A stretch of 64,000 nt of DNA. Source: Gemmatimonadaceae bacterium (GTDB lineage Bacteria; Gemmatimonadota; Gemmatimonadetes; Gemmatimonadales; Gemmatimonadaceae). The DNA is taken from positions 960,001 through 1,024,000 of the forward strand of contig JBJMOW010000005.1 in assembly GCA_045803545.1 (NCBI GenBank), written 5' to 3'. Position 1 is the stretch's first letter; each line of letters starts with the position of its first letter. The position numbers and the translations under genes were made by a program. The notes beneath the pieces were generated by a model, which saw only the letters and a program-made list of their open reading frames with translations, did no database searches and was not told where the DNA came from. This document shows, one piece after another, positions 46,461 through 56,166 of the stretch.

Positions 46461-46511
46461 CTACCACAGGATTGTGTCAGGGAAACACCATCTCAAAAAG
46501 GCAGCAAACAT
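46461..46511 (-). CDS. unannotated 16-aa peptide MFAAFLRWCFPDTILW
   Basis: GGGAGGTGA SD 5 nt before ATG; stop lies 23 nt upstream of the HD-GYP gene start. Confidence 0.6.
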   Translation of the reverse strand: MFAAFLRWCFPDTILW

Positions 46512-46752
46512 TCGCGTCACCTCCCAAAATTCAGTCGCATCGAGCATTCGCTACGACGCGCTACATGGTTGGCTCCGCTCTTGTAACTAAGTTTGCCCGC
46601 TCAACTCGTCTCTAAGCCGGGAACGGGGGTTTTGTATTCCTATAGAATCCGTGTTAAAGGTGAAATCGCTTACACAGACAGTTTTTTACCAGATCTGACT
46701 AGATCTGCTTTCCACTTCCACCTTCTAGCCTGCACCGACTCCTTGGAGTCGC

Positions 46753-47481
46753 TTACTCTACCTGATCGACCCAGCGATTCGTTGCCGCCAGGACTGCCAG
46801 AGCGCTCGCTGTTTCCGCGCTCCCTTTGATCTCACAATTACCTACAAGCAATTGGCTGTCTCGTCCAGCCCGAACTGTCACTCCCACAAAAACGTACTCG
46901 CGATCGAAGGCCTCCATCACCTTCACACCCTCCACCGCCAGCTGTCCTTCCCTGCCCTCCGCACTGCCAATCGCGAATACCGTCGCGCGCGCTGCTAAAT
47001 CGAGTCGACTACGGTCGCCCTCGATCCCATGGGCTTCACCTATGAACGACTCCTCACCCTTCCGCAGCGTAACTCGGCAGGAAACCCCCTTGCTGCGACT
47101 GCCCCGCACCTCGACATCCTCGAAGTACAGCCGCCTGCCGGTGTATTTTCGGACCCCCTCGGCGGGCGTAAACTGCGGCGCCACGAACTGAGTGTGCGGC
47201 GTCGGCCGAGCGGCCTGCGGTTTTGGCTTCGGCTCACTGGTGATCGCCACCGAGATCTTCCGATGATCCACCCGCATCGCCAGGTGCGCCATCAACGCGC
47301 TCTCGATGTTGCGCACCACCTGCTTCGGCGTGAGCTCCGCCGTCGTCAGCACATGAATCTGTTCGACCGCGCCACTCTCACTCTCGATGATCTTTGCCGA
47401 AACCACTCCCGGCAGCGTGAGAATGAGCTCCTCGGCACGCTTGATCGGGAGTACGCTGCCGGCGATGTTGTTCAAGTTCAA
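46753..47481 (-). CDS. conserved hypothetical protein
   Basis: LPGVVSAKI..IHVL..PKQVVRNIESAL..VDHRKISVA...LAATNR; good coding pattern. Confidence 0.8.
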   Translation of the reverse strand: MNLNNIAGSVLPIKRAEELILTLPGVVSAKIIESESGAVEQIHVLTTAELTPKQVVRNIESALMAHLAMRVDHRKISVAITSEPKPKPQAARPTPHTQFVAPQFTPAEGVRKYTGRRLYFEDVEVRGSRSKGVSCRVTLRKGEESFIGEAHGIEGDRSRLDLAARATVFAIGSAEGREGQLAVEGVKVMEAFDREYVFVGVTVRAGRDSQLLVGNCEIKGSAETASALAVLAATNRWVDQVE

Positions 47482-47550
47482 CGCTGTCGGGGATTTAGGG
47501 CGGCTGGAAACAGGTGGCCAATATCGTGGACGACTGAGTTTTAATCAAGC

Positions 47551-47608
47551 AAAAATCCGGTGATACCCGCAGCCATTTGCTCACTGCAGAGTCGACCGGA
47601 TTTTTTTT
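47551..47608. terminator. inverted repeat, possible bidirectional terminator
   Basis: AAAAATCCGGT (47551-47561) / ACCGGATTTTT (47595-47605), with a long intervening loop. Confidence 0.4.
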
Positions 47609-47699
47609 GCTATTGCCAAAACAGAAAGAAGAGAAAAGTGTCGATTTTGTATCACCGCACTGCCGATTTTCTATCAGCGCAACAGCGGCGCTCCGACGA

Positions 47700-48293
47700 T
47701 TAGTCGACCTCGTCGACCGGCTCGTTCACCATGCAACGAACAGAGTCGACTGGATAGCGCTCGATCCGAAATGTCTGCGCGTTGAATCGCCAGGCTAGCC
47801 GAGGACGCGCCGTAGTATCGGCTTCGGTCACCAGGCCGACCACTCTGGGTACAGTCAAGCCGTTTGATTCGACGCAGAATCGCGCAAGGTATTCGAGATG
47901 CTGCATCCCCTCGACCACCACGCTGTCGGCGCGCGCGCGACCAACGCCGTGATCGTCGGTCGCTCTGACAGCAGTGTCGAACCAGATCACCATCAAGCCC
48001 GACGGACGCCGAACGTGCGAGCCGACGAGGAATTCCGCCGAGACCGACTGCAGGTCTCCCGTCTCCAGGTACCAATCTCCCTCGCTCGAGTCGGGAGCCA
48101 CGATCCGAAACTCGGGAAGGGCGTTCTCCTCCAGAGCGTCGCCGTTTTGCTGCGATGCAACCGGAGGCGACGACACCGCTGCCGATGCGGTCGACGATGC
48201 CGCGGTTTGCTTTACCGGAGTCGCCGCGCGCTCGCAGCAGAGACAAGCGAGTAAGGCGACGACAGCTCCGATCCGGCTCACAGGTTGACCCAC
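47700..48293 (-). CDS. hypothetical lipoprotein
   Basis: Hydrophobic signal ending in Cys, then an S/A-rich linker; overlaps the upstream gene. Confidence 0.7.
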   Translation of the reverse strand: MGQPVSRIGAVVALLACLCCERAATPVKQTAASSTASAAVSSPPVASQQNGDALEENALPEFRIVAPDSSEGDWYLETGDLQSVSAEFLVGSHVRRPSGLMVIWFDTAVRATDDHGVGRARADSVVVEGMQHLEYLARFCVESNGLTVPRVVGLVTEADTTARPRLAWRFNAQTFRIERYPVDSVRCMVNEPVDEVD

Positions 48294-50137
48294 CGAACTA
48301 CCTGCCAGCCGCTCGCCGTTCGATTCAGAATACAGAGCAAACGCTCAGAACCACTTCGCATTACTTCGACTATCGCCTGCTTGCGCTGAGCGCTCAAGCC
48401 GATCGCGCTGAACGAGAGCGAATATTGAGCGTTCGGCCAGGCCTGCTGCATGACGTCCGCGTCGCTGAACGCGTTGCCGCGCGCGGTGGCTCGCTCGAGC
48501 GCAACGATCGCCGAATCGCCGACAACGACGACACCGGGCCGAGCCGGAAAGTCGGGGCGGAAATCACGCCGCTGCTCACGCACCGAGAGAAAGTTCTCCA
48601 TCGCCGACAGCATTACCCGCGGCTCGTAACGTATGCGACGCTGGTAATCCTGATTGCACGATGCGCGGTTGCACGCGGAGCGCGTCGCACCGTACACCAG
48701 GATCATCTTCCCCGGGTCCGGCGATCCAAGCCGATCGAGCGCAGCCGCGTAAACGGCACCTTCCTCGGCGTTCGGGTAAGCCGAGTTGCGAGCTCGCGCA
48801 GCGTCGAACTCGTTCTGCATCGGCACGTTTACCTTCGGCTGAATAATCTGCGGCTGCGATGGTGGCGTCATCGCCTGCTGCTGCGCGGCTGATGGTGTAT
48901 CGTCGCAAATGGCGCGATCTATTTGCACGTTTACCTCGACGCTTTGACCAATGGCGACGTCCGTGGCTGTCACTGCCGCCAGGGTGTCCGGGCGACTGCT
49001 CGCTTTTGGACACCGCACCATCAGGCCTGCACCGCCCACTAAGACACCGTCGAAGCGATAGTCCCCGCGGAAATCCGAGTCGACCCACCAGACGCTGTTC
49101 GGTTGGGCATCCATATGGAGCTCGATTTTCGCGCCCGACAGCGGCTTGCCATCGCGTGTGGTGATCCGACCATGGATGTCGCGCGGCAATGCTGCCTGAC
49201 GAATCGAATCGCGCCGCGCCGACTCTTTTATTTCGTTGAGCGGCGTGTGCTTTCCGACTCCGCGGTAGCGCAACGATTCATTTCCCAGATCGGTCGAGTC
49301 TCCTTCTTCCGGAACGCGCTCGATCACGTGCCACTGCCCGCGTACTTTCCACAGAACCATCGTTTCGGTGCTGTGGCAATACGTTCCGCATTGATGCAGA
49401 ACCTGCAGAATCGCTTCGTTCTTCTGCGGATTCATTCCGACGACTGAGAGCACGGCGACGCCCCATGCGTGCGGATACCTCGCCTGAAATCCGAGCCAGA
49501 ACGGCACCTCGCGCATTCCGATTCGCCTGCCTGCCGCGCTGTCGCGCGCTGCGATCTCGCGTCCATCGATCTCCATCTCACGCTGCTCCGTCTCGCCCAT
49601 CAGCGTGAGCGGAATGTGATACTTGAACTTCGGCGTGATGTGTCGACGGTTCAGCCTCGCAATGCGATAGGCGTCGACGGTCTCGAGCTTCGGCTCACTG
49701 CCCGTCCCCATTGGAAGGATCGGACACGGCATCTTTGAACACGTCCAGACCCCGGTGATCGCGAAGTCGTTGAGCACGACCTGGCCGGGAAATCCATCCT
49801 TCGAGACGTATAGCATGTCGAGCACCGCGCGATAAACGTCGGCGGTGTCACCCGTTGGATAATCGGCTTTGTTGGTGAGGAAATCGCCGGGCTTCACTCC
49901 TGGCCGCAGATGCGCCGCCGCAAACGCGTGCATCGCTTCTGGGCTCGACTCCGGAACGACGACACCCTGCGCAGGAGTCGACGACGACGCGGACACCTGC
50001 TGCGCCGCCTTCGACGTATCGAGCGTCGCAGAAGATTTCGCGCGCTCACACGCGATCGAGCCGGCAACTGCTATGATGCACGAGGCAGCGCCAATCCTGC
50101 GCGCTCTCGTCAAAAGACGGGACCAGATCATCCCCAT
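48278..50137 (-). CDS. lipoprotein with central carboxypeptidase-regulatory-like (Ig-like) domain
   Basis: SIAC lipobox; IHGRIT.RDGKPLSGAKI...SD.RGDYRF. Confidence 0.7.
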   Translation of the reverse strand: MGMIWSRLLTRARRIGAASCIIAVAGSIACERAKSSATLDTSKAAQQVSASSSTPAQGVVVPESSPEAMHAFAAAHLRPGVKPGDFLTNKADYPTGDTADVYRAVLDMLYVSKDGFPGQVVLNDFAITGVWTCSKMPCPILPMGTGSEPKLETVDAYRIARLNRRHITPKFKYHIPLTLMGETEQREMEIDGREIAARDSAAGRRIGMREVPFWLGFQARYPHAWGVAVLSVVGMNPQKNEAILQVLHQCGTYCHSTETMVLWKVRGQWHVIERVPEEGDSTDLGNESLRYRGVGKHTPLNEIKESARRDSIRQAALPRDIHGRITTRDGKPLSGAKIELHMDAQPNSVWWVDSDFRGDYRFDGVLVGGAGLMVRCPKASSRPDTLAAVTATDVAIGQSVEVNVQIDRAICDDTPSAAQQQAMTPPSQPQIIQPKVNVPMQNEFDAARARNSAYPNAEEGAVYAAALDRLGSPDPGKMILVYGATRSACNRASCNQDYQRRIRYEPRVMLSAMENFLSVREQRRDFRPDFPARPGVVVVGDSAIVALERATARGNAFSDADVMQQAWPNAQYSLSFSAIGLSAQRKQAIVEVMRSGSERLLCILNRTASGWQVVRWVNL

Positions 50138-50294
50138 AAAGACGCCCAAGCGCTGCGCCTCGCCACGTCTTTGGGCCTCGGCAGATACGCCGAGCGTTCG
50201 AGCCAATCAGGGGTTCCCCGCCATCCAATCTGAAAACGAAACGGAGAACGTTCGTGTCTCGCTTACGCGCCGGCCATTGGCCGTGAGTTAGCCG

Positions 50295-50861
50295 CTAGAA
50301 GTGAATCCCCAGACCGATCGGCATGAACACGGACCTCGATCGCTTGGAACCCTCCGGCCATGCATTCGCGCGAATGAAAGCGTGGACTCTGCTCTCGATC
50401 GTGACCGACCACTTCTCGCCGGGCAATCTCAGGCCGGCGCCAAGTGTCCATCCAGCTTTCACCCCAGCTCCCTGCATGCCGTAAGCGCCCGCACCGGCGA
50501 GAAGATACGGCGCAACTTTCTTCGACGAGATCGGCGTGAAAACCAGGTTACCGGTTAGTGCGGTAAGGTGCTGACCCCAGTCCGCAAATAACAGGTCAGC
50601 CCGCGGACGGATCATCCGCAGCGGCGATGGCATCGTAAGCGTTGTCTGCATGTAGTAGCCGAAACCGCCCGGCTCGAACTGAGGAACACCGCCGATGATA
50701 AGAGGAAGTCCGGCGTCGGACGCCCGCACGAAGCCGCTTGAAAGCCCCAGTGAGAACCCGCTGTCCCCTGCTTGCGCGCGTACGGCGTTCGGCAACACGC
50801 ACAATGCCACAACCAATGAAAAGACAAGACCCCGATTCGCGTACCCGTTTTTCGCAATCAT
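50295..50861 (-). CDS. small outer-membrane beta-barrel protein
   Basis: Signal peptide (AVRA-Q), PYLLAGAG, GAGL, C-terminal Phe. Confidence 0.75.
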   Translation of the reverse strand: MIAKNGYANRGLVFSLVVALCVLPNAVRAQAGDSGFSLGLSSGFVRASDAGLPLIIGGVPQFEPGGFGYYMQTTLTMPSPLRMIRPRADLLFADWGQHLTALTGNLVFTPISSKKVAPYLLAGAGAYGMQGAGVKAGWTLGAGLRLPGEKWSVTIESRVHAFIRANAWPEGSKRSRSVFMPIGLGIHF

Positions 50862-50968
50862 CAGTGAGAAACCCTCCATTACTGACCAGTATGTGCGTCG
50901 GGACCGACGCAATCCACGCTCATTCTCTATCAAGGATGGTCAGTTTTCTATCACGGATGGTTGCTCTA

Positions 50969-50996
50969 CCCGCCTCCCGCCTCCCGCCTCCCGCCT
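50969..50996 (+). repeat. heptamer tandem repeat (CCCGCCT)x4
   Basis: Directly visible next to the mrdA stop codon. Confidence 0.85.
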
Positions 50997-52789
50997 CACC
51001 CCTCGTCCATCGTCGCCTGAATCGGCGAGACCTTGAGGAAATGCGAAATGATCGCGGAGGCGATGCGCGCCGCCCTCCAACCGTGCAACCCGAACTCGAG
51101 CAGCACTGCCACTACGATCTTCGGATGATCGGCGGGTGCGAAGCCAACGAACCAGCCGTGATCCGGGCCGCCGGTGTTTTGCGCGCTTCCCGTTTTTCCG
51201 GCGAGCACTGCTTTTTCACCGGTTGCCATCACGCCCTGGAACTGAGATCCGGCAACAGCCGCGGTGCCGCCTTCCTGTGCCACCGCCTTCAATCCCTCCA
51301 GCAGCGTTGCCTGCAGTTGCGGTGGTAGCGAATAAATCTCTTTGCGCTGCGGCACCAGGTGAGCGATTTCAGGTCGCGCTGCTTTTCCACCAGTGGCGAG
51401 CGCGGTATAAAACTTCGCCATGTTCACGACAGTCTGTGAATTCGCGCCCTGCCCGATCGCCAGGTTCAACGTTTCAGCGTTACTCCACCCGCGCGCGCCG
51501 TACTTGTCGTTGTAGTACTGGATCGCATACGGCCAGTACGGCTGGTTCTCTTCCGGCAGATCGATTCCCGATCTGTCGCGCATGGTGAGGTTGATGCCGC
51601 CGGCGATCAGCTTGGTCAAGCCAATCTTGAGACCGAGCTGATAGAAATACACGTCACACGAATGCTTGATCGCACCGAGCAGATCCACGGATCCATGTCC
51701 GCTGTGGTCCCAGCAGCGGAAATAACGGCTGCCGTACTGATAACCGCCGGTGCACGGAACCGGCATGTGCTCGGTCGGAGTTACCAGACCATCCTCGAGT
51801 GCGATGATACTCGTGGCAAGCTTGAAGGTTGAGCCGGGCGGATATCGTCCCTGAATCGTCTTGTTGACGAGCGGACGACGCTTGTCCTCGAGCAGCGACT
51901 TGTAGTAGTCGACTGGAATGCCGCCGGTGAACTTGTTCGGATCCCAGCTCGGCGCCGAGTACAGTGCCAGCACTTCACCGGTGGTGGGATCCATGGCGAT
52001 CGCACCACCCTGCAGTGAGTCGGCAAAGATGTCGGCCATGAACTTCTGCAGATCGAGATCGATGTTGGTGTAGAGCGGTGGCGCGCCAACGGGATCGAGA
52101 TCCGGCCGCGCGCCTTCATCCCGTACCGGACGGCCGCGCGCATCGACCTCGTCGAATTTCACGCCCTCGCGTCCGTGCAGAATGTTCTCGTACTGCTTCT
52201 CGAGACCCGCCTTCCCGATCTCCTGCCCCGGCTTGTAGGTCGCGTACTTCGGATCGTTCAGCTCATTCTCGGTGATCTCACCGGTGTAGCCGACGAAGGA
52301 TGCCACCATCGGCCCATCCGGATAGTACCGCTTGGGAACGGACTGAATGATCAGCCGTGGGAAATCGAGCCGATGCTCCTCGAGAACCGAAACGATATCG
52401 ATCGAGGCATCGGGAATGATTACCGTCGGTCGAGTTGGCGCGCGACGGTATCGCCTCACCGCCAGGTTGATGTCGTTCTGGGTCAGCTGAAGCGTCGGCG
52501 CGAGCTGGGCGAGTGCGCCTCGCAAGCTATCGACGCTTGGTGCAGTGATCGACACCGAGTAAGCAGGAAGATTCTCCGCGATCACCTGGCCATGACGGTC
52601 ATAGATGATTCCCCTCGGCGCGGGCAGAGGAATTGGTCGCAGGCGATTCTCCTGCGACTGCAGGACATACTGCTTGTGCTGTAAAACCTGGGTTTTGAAA
52701 AAAGCGCCGATGAGAATGAGAAACGCGCCCATCAGCGCCCACGAGCTCATTCGGGAGCGGCGCGCAACGTCGTTCGGGTGAGAGGTCAT
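50996..52789 (-). CDS. mrdA: penicillin-binding protein 2 (class B transpeptidase)
   Basis: APRGIIYDR, GKAGLEKQYE, PGSTFK (SxxK), SCDVYFY, KTG. Confidence 0.93.
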   Translation of the reverse strand: MTSHPNDVARRSRMSSWALMGAFLILIGAFFKTQVLQHKQYVLQSQENRLRPIPLPAPRGIIYDRHGQVIAENLPAYSVSITAPSVDSLRGALAQLAPTLQLTQNDINLAVRRYRRAPTRPTVIIPDASIDIVSVLEEHRLDFPRLIIQSVPKRYYPDGPMVASFVGYTGEITENELNDPKYATYKPGQEIGKAGLEKQYENILHGREGVKFDEVDARGRPVRDEGARPDLDPVGAPPLYTNIDLDLQKFMADIFADSLQGGAIAMDPTTGEVLALYSAPSWDPNKFTGGIPVDYYKSLLEDKRRPLVNKTIQGRYPPGSTFKLATSIIALEDGLVTPTEHMPVPCTGGYQYGSRYFRCWDHSGHGSVDLLGAIKHSCDVYFYQLGLKIGLTKLIAGGINLTMRDRSGIDLPEENQPYWPYAIQYYNDKYGARGWSNAETLNLAIGQGANSQTVVNMAKFYTALATGGKAARPEIAHLVPQRKEIYSLPPQLQATLLEGLKAVAQEGGTAAVAGSQFQGVMATGEKAVLAGKTGSAQNTGGPDHGWFVGFAPADHPKIVVAVLLEFGLHGWRAARIASAIISHFLKVSPIQATMDEG

Positions 52790-52805
52790 GCTGTGATACT
52801 CTTCC

Positions 52806-53813
52806 TCATTGTCTGACGTCACGAAGAACTTCACGAACCGCGCCAATCACCGCCTCCGGCGCCTCAGCCGGAATGTCATGGCCGCTGTTGGCGACGATCA
52901 CCTGCTTTCCATGCGTCGACAGGCGCGCCAGCTTCGGCTGGATCTCGTGCATCCAGACCTGCTCATATGCGACGCCCTGCTTATCCATATCGGTCACCGG
53001 CGCCGATTGCTGCACTTTCCCTCTCGTCAGCACGATGACAGGTCGGTCGCCAAAACCCCCGGCTGACTCTGCCTCGCGATAGCTCTCGGGTCCCGACGCG
53101 TCGGCGAGACTGGCCATCGTCTTCGGTTGACTGCGCAGCGCAGCAAGGATCTGCGCGCGGGTGCGCTGCGCCGGATCGCTCGGGAGCGATCGTGATGGCG
53201 TCATCAATCGGATGACGCCGAGCAAGCGCGCGGTCTGCGCGCCAATCCAGATCGGATGCCAGAGAACCCTCGGCGCAGTGTGGCCGAGCATGAACGCCGG
53301 CGCGCGGCGCGGCTCATCCTCGTGCGCGGCGTCGACAAATACGACGCCAGCGATTTCCGTTGGGTACATCGCGTTGTAGATGCGCGCATTCAGTCCGCCG
53401 AGCGAATGGCCGACGTAAATGAAAGGCATCGGGATCCCGGCGCGATGAAGCAGCTGGTGCAAATCGGAGGACATCGCCTCGCTGGTGCGCGGGAATGGAC
53501 CGATGTCGCTCCAGCCGAATCCCGCGCGATCGAACGAGCACGCGCGAGTCTGCTTCGCGATCTCGGCCTGGACATCTGACCACTGCAAGCCAGGAAAGCC
53601 GGCGCCGGAGTCGAAGATGACAGCGGGAGCTCCTTCGCCGGAGCAATCGATGTTGAGGCTCCGACCACCGATGTCCACCGCGCGCCCAATCCTCGGCAGC
53701 CGTCGCGCGTCGTTGCGTTCACCGATCTGCCCGTAAACCGCCCCGACGATTACAGTCGCGAGCAATACGCCTGCGAAAATCCAGGCCAGCCGTTTGTGCA
53801 CGTCAGTCACCAA
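52806..53813 (-). CDS. alpha/beta hydrolase
   Basis: DRAGFGWSD, GHSLGG, SGH. Confidence 0.9.
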   Translation of the reverse strand: MVTDVHKRLAWIFAGVLLATVIVGAVYGQIGERNDARRLPRIGRAVDIGGRSLNIDCSGEGAPAVIFDSGAGFPGLQWSDVQAEIAKQTRACSFDRAGFGWSDIGPFPRTSEAMSSDLHQLLHRAGIPMPFIYVGHSLGGLNARIYNAMYPTEIAGVVFVDAAHEDEPRRAPAFMLGHTAPRVLWHPIWIGAQTARLLGVIRLMTPSRSLPSDPAQRTRAQILAALRSQPKTMASLADASGPESYREAESAGGFGDRPVIVLTRGKVQQSAPVTDMDKQGVAYEQVWMHEIQPKLARLSTHGKQVIVANSGHDIPAEAPEAVIGAVREVLRDVRQ

Positions 53814-53828
53814 TGCATCGATGATCTG

Positions 53829-54794
53829 CTACCTGCAGTCGGCGCGCGGTGTCGGCAATGAACGGCCGTCGACGAGTGAGCGCGGTGTCGATGGCGTCAC
53901 CGGTGTCGACAGGCTACGCGCCGCGCTGAGATCACGTCGCAGCTCGCCGAGTCGAAGGAAATTTCCGGCTTCGGTGGTCGACTGCAGCGAGGGGCTCGCC
54001 GCGCCGTCCCCCCAATAGTCGCTGTGATCGGCGCCGGTGATAGTGACGCCTTTGAGGGTCCTGTTCCAACCCGGCATCATCACGCTCGGACCGTAGCGGC
54101 CGAGCGCGCGCTGCGACGCCTCGCTCTTGCCGGCGAGCGATTGTCCGGGGGGAAATGCCCAGTGCAGCACCTTGTCGTCGAGCGAGTGCAGCACGCGGAC
54201 TTCTATGCCTTCCGCCCACAGCTGCATCAGCAGGTCGAAGAATTTTCCACCCGGCTCGAGCATTTCCGACGGCACTGCCGGCGCCATCAGCACCACTCGC
54301 CCAGCTTTCGGTAGTGCGCGCTTTCTGAGAAGCAGCAGCGTCTCCAGCACTACGCGCGCCCCGAGTGAGTGGGCGATGAAGTCGACCCGCTCGAGATTGG
54401 GGAGCTTCGCCAGCAATGAATCGAGATCCTTCGCAGCACTGATAGCGGTGTGCACCGCGGTCGGATAAATCAGAAAGTCGAGCTTGTCGAAGAATCCCCA
54501 CTGCGCGTCGCCCGGCCAGAAGGTGTCGCTGAACAGTGCTTCGAATGCGTCGGGATCGACCGAACCGAATAGCGCGCGCTCGCGTTTTCTGAATGCGAAG
54601 TAGGCAGTAGCAGCACCGCCGTCACTGTTATTGAAGCCGTGCACAAGTACGAGACAGCTTCTGCGAGCGAGTGCTTCCGGCAACAGGCCGTGAAAGACGG
54701 CGGGGTCGAGCAGCTTGCCGCCTTCCTTCTCGCGCCGCAGGTAAAGCTCGAGCCACGGCGAGTAGCCGCACGGACGCTTCGAATTCTTACCCAT
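53829..54794 (-). CDS. alpha/beta hydrolase (DUF900/DUF726-like esterase)
   Basis: VHGFNN, AHSLGARV, S..D.VL, HSDY. Confidence 0.82.
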   Translation of the reverse strand: MGKNSKRPCGYSPWLELYLRREKEGGKLLDPAVFHGLLPEALARRSCLVLVHGFNNSDGGAATAYFAFRKRERALFGSVDPDAFEALFSDTFWPGDAQWGFFDKLDFLIYPTAVHTAISAAKDLDSLLAKLPNLERVDFIAHSLGARVVLETLLLLRKRALPKAGRVVLMAPAVPSEMLEPGGKFFDLLMQLWAEGIEVRVLHSLDDKVLHWAFPPGQSLAGKSEASQRALGRYGPSVMMPGWNRTLKGVTITGADHSDYWGDGAASPSLQSTTEAGNFLRLGELRRDLSAARSLSTPVTPSTPRSLVDGRSLPTPRADCR

Positions 54795-55686
54795 TTCTGA
54801 CTTTCTGCAGCGCGGTGACGAGATCCTTTGCCACCGGCGCGAGAATTCCGCCGACGAGTGAGATCGGAATCATCGACATCGAGAACGAATTGGCCAGCGC
54901 GCCCCAGGTGATTTCCCCACTGCCCTCGGCGGCCCAGCGCGCGAACATCAGCGACACCAGCATCACGATGATGCCCGTGATGTTCGCCGCCAGCTGATTC
55001 CAGTTGGCCCAGCTGTCCGACGTATAGAGCTGGAATCCATCCAGCTTTCCTTTTACAGTCTGTCTGAGACGAGCGATCAGCTCGCTCTGTCGCTTGACCT
55101 CTTCCTTTTGCTGTTCTTCAGGAAGATTCGCCGCGTTGAACAGCGCCGACGGACCGTTGCGCAGCCAGCTCTCGATATCACCGCGACTTGCACCCACAGT
55201 CAGAACGCGATACAGGCTTTCGTATTGCTGCGGATTGGCGAGCACGATATCCGATACTTCCTGGATGCTGCCCATCATCCGCTCCAGCTCCAGCGCAAAG
55301 ACGGCGTGCGCCGGATTGCGATTCTGGGTGTAGCCGCCCGAGAGTCCACGGAGTTGGATCAGCTGCTGGGCAGCGACAGTGCCATCCTCAGGCGAGACGC
55401 CGGTGGTGAGCTGCAGCAATTGCGTCAGCGCATGCTCACCTCGATGCGGGTCGGAGTTCGCGGACTTCGCGTTATTCATCATCCACTCCGTCCACCGCCG
55501 CGCCTGAAACTTGGTGCGCTTATCGAGCAGCTTTTTCCACAGCTCGATGAACGCCATCGAGAACGCGCCAATGGCAATCAGCGGGGTGAGATACTTGAGC
55601 AGAAAGTCGGTGAGCTGATACACCGCCTTGCCGACATCCGTCGCGGGTGTTGCGTCCTGCACCAACAGAATGAGATACATGCGCAC
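54787..55686 (-). CDS. hypothetical membrane protein (1 N-terminal + 2 C-terminal TM)
   Basis: GAGGT RBS; hydrophobic ends around a helical cytoplasmic core. Confidence 0.75.
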   Translation of the reverse strand: MRMYLILLVQDATPATDVGKAVYQLTDFLLKYLTPLIAIGAFSMAFIELWKKLLDKRTKFQARRWTEWMMNNAKSANSDPHRGEHALTQLLQLTTGVSPEDGTVAAQQLIQLRGLSGGYTQNRNPAHAVFALELERMMGSIQEVSDIVLANPQQYESLYRVLTVGASRGDIESWLRNGPSALFNAANLPEEQQKEEVKRQSELIARLRQTVKGKLDGFQLYTSDSWANWNQLAANITGIIVMLVSLMFARWAAEGSGEITWGALANSFSMSMIPISLVGGILAPVAKDLVTALQKVRNG

Positions 55687-55719
55687 CTCTTCGTAGATTG
55701 GGTAGTCGCGTTCTCATCG

Positions 55720-56109
55720 TCACATGTCCTGATTGATGAAGTTGGCGTAAACCTCGAGGACGCGTGAGCTGTCGAGCGGAAAAGTCACGTTCCAGAGCCG
55801 GCGTCGCAGTCCAAGATTGATTCGGTGCTCGTACCAGCAGTCGAGGTAAGCATTGCCGAGAGCGAGTTTTCCATCCTTGACGATGCTGGCATGTCGCTCA
55901 GCGCACTTGAAATCGTTGCGCTGCATCGCTTCCCAGACGCCCGGCTCGGTCATGCCTACGAGGTACTTCAGAGTATCGGCGAGCTGCTTACCCGATTTGA
56001 ACCTGGCGACGTCGAGGTGGTACGGATCAGGATTCTTTTTGCACCCAACTGTAAGAACGATGCAGGCGATGAACGTGAGGAATCGGGTGGTGATGGCTGA
56101 CATTGGCAT
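55720..56109 (-). CDS. hypothetical lipoprotein
   Basis: GGAGG RBS; LTVGC lipobox. Confidence 0.7.
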   Translation of the reverse strand: MPMSAITTRFLTFIACIVLTVGCKKNPDPYHLDVARFKSGKQLADTLKYLVGMTEPGVWEAMQRNDFKCAERHASIVKDGKLALGNAYLDCWYEHRINLGLRRRLWNVTFPLDSSRVLEVYANFINQDM

Positions 56110-56166
56110 CCTCCGTTGGTAAGGAGGAAATTGCCGCTTCCAACCCGCTTTGCAAGCTGACGGCGA

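Noticed and set aside
46560..46620. c-di-GMP-I riboswitch upstream of the peptide/HD-GYP genes
   Set aside because: GGGCAAAC occurs on the minus strand, but the following GNRA hairpin and GACGCAAAGC segment do not.
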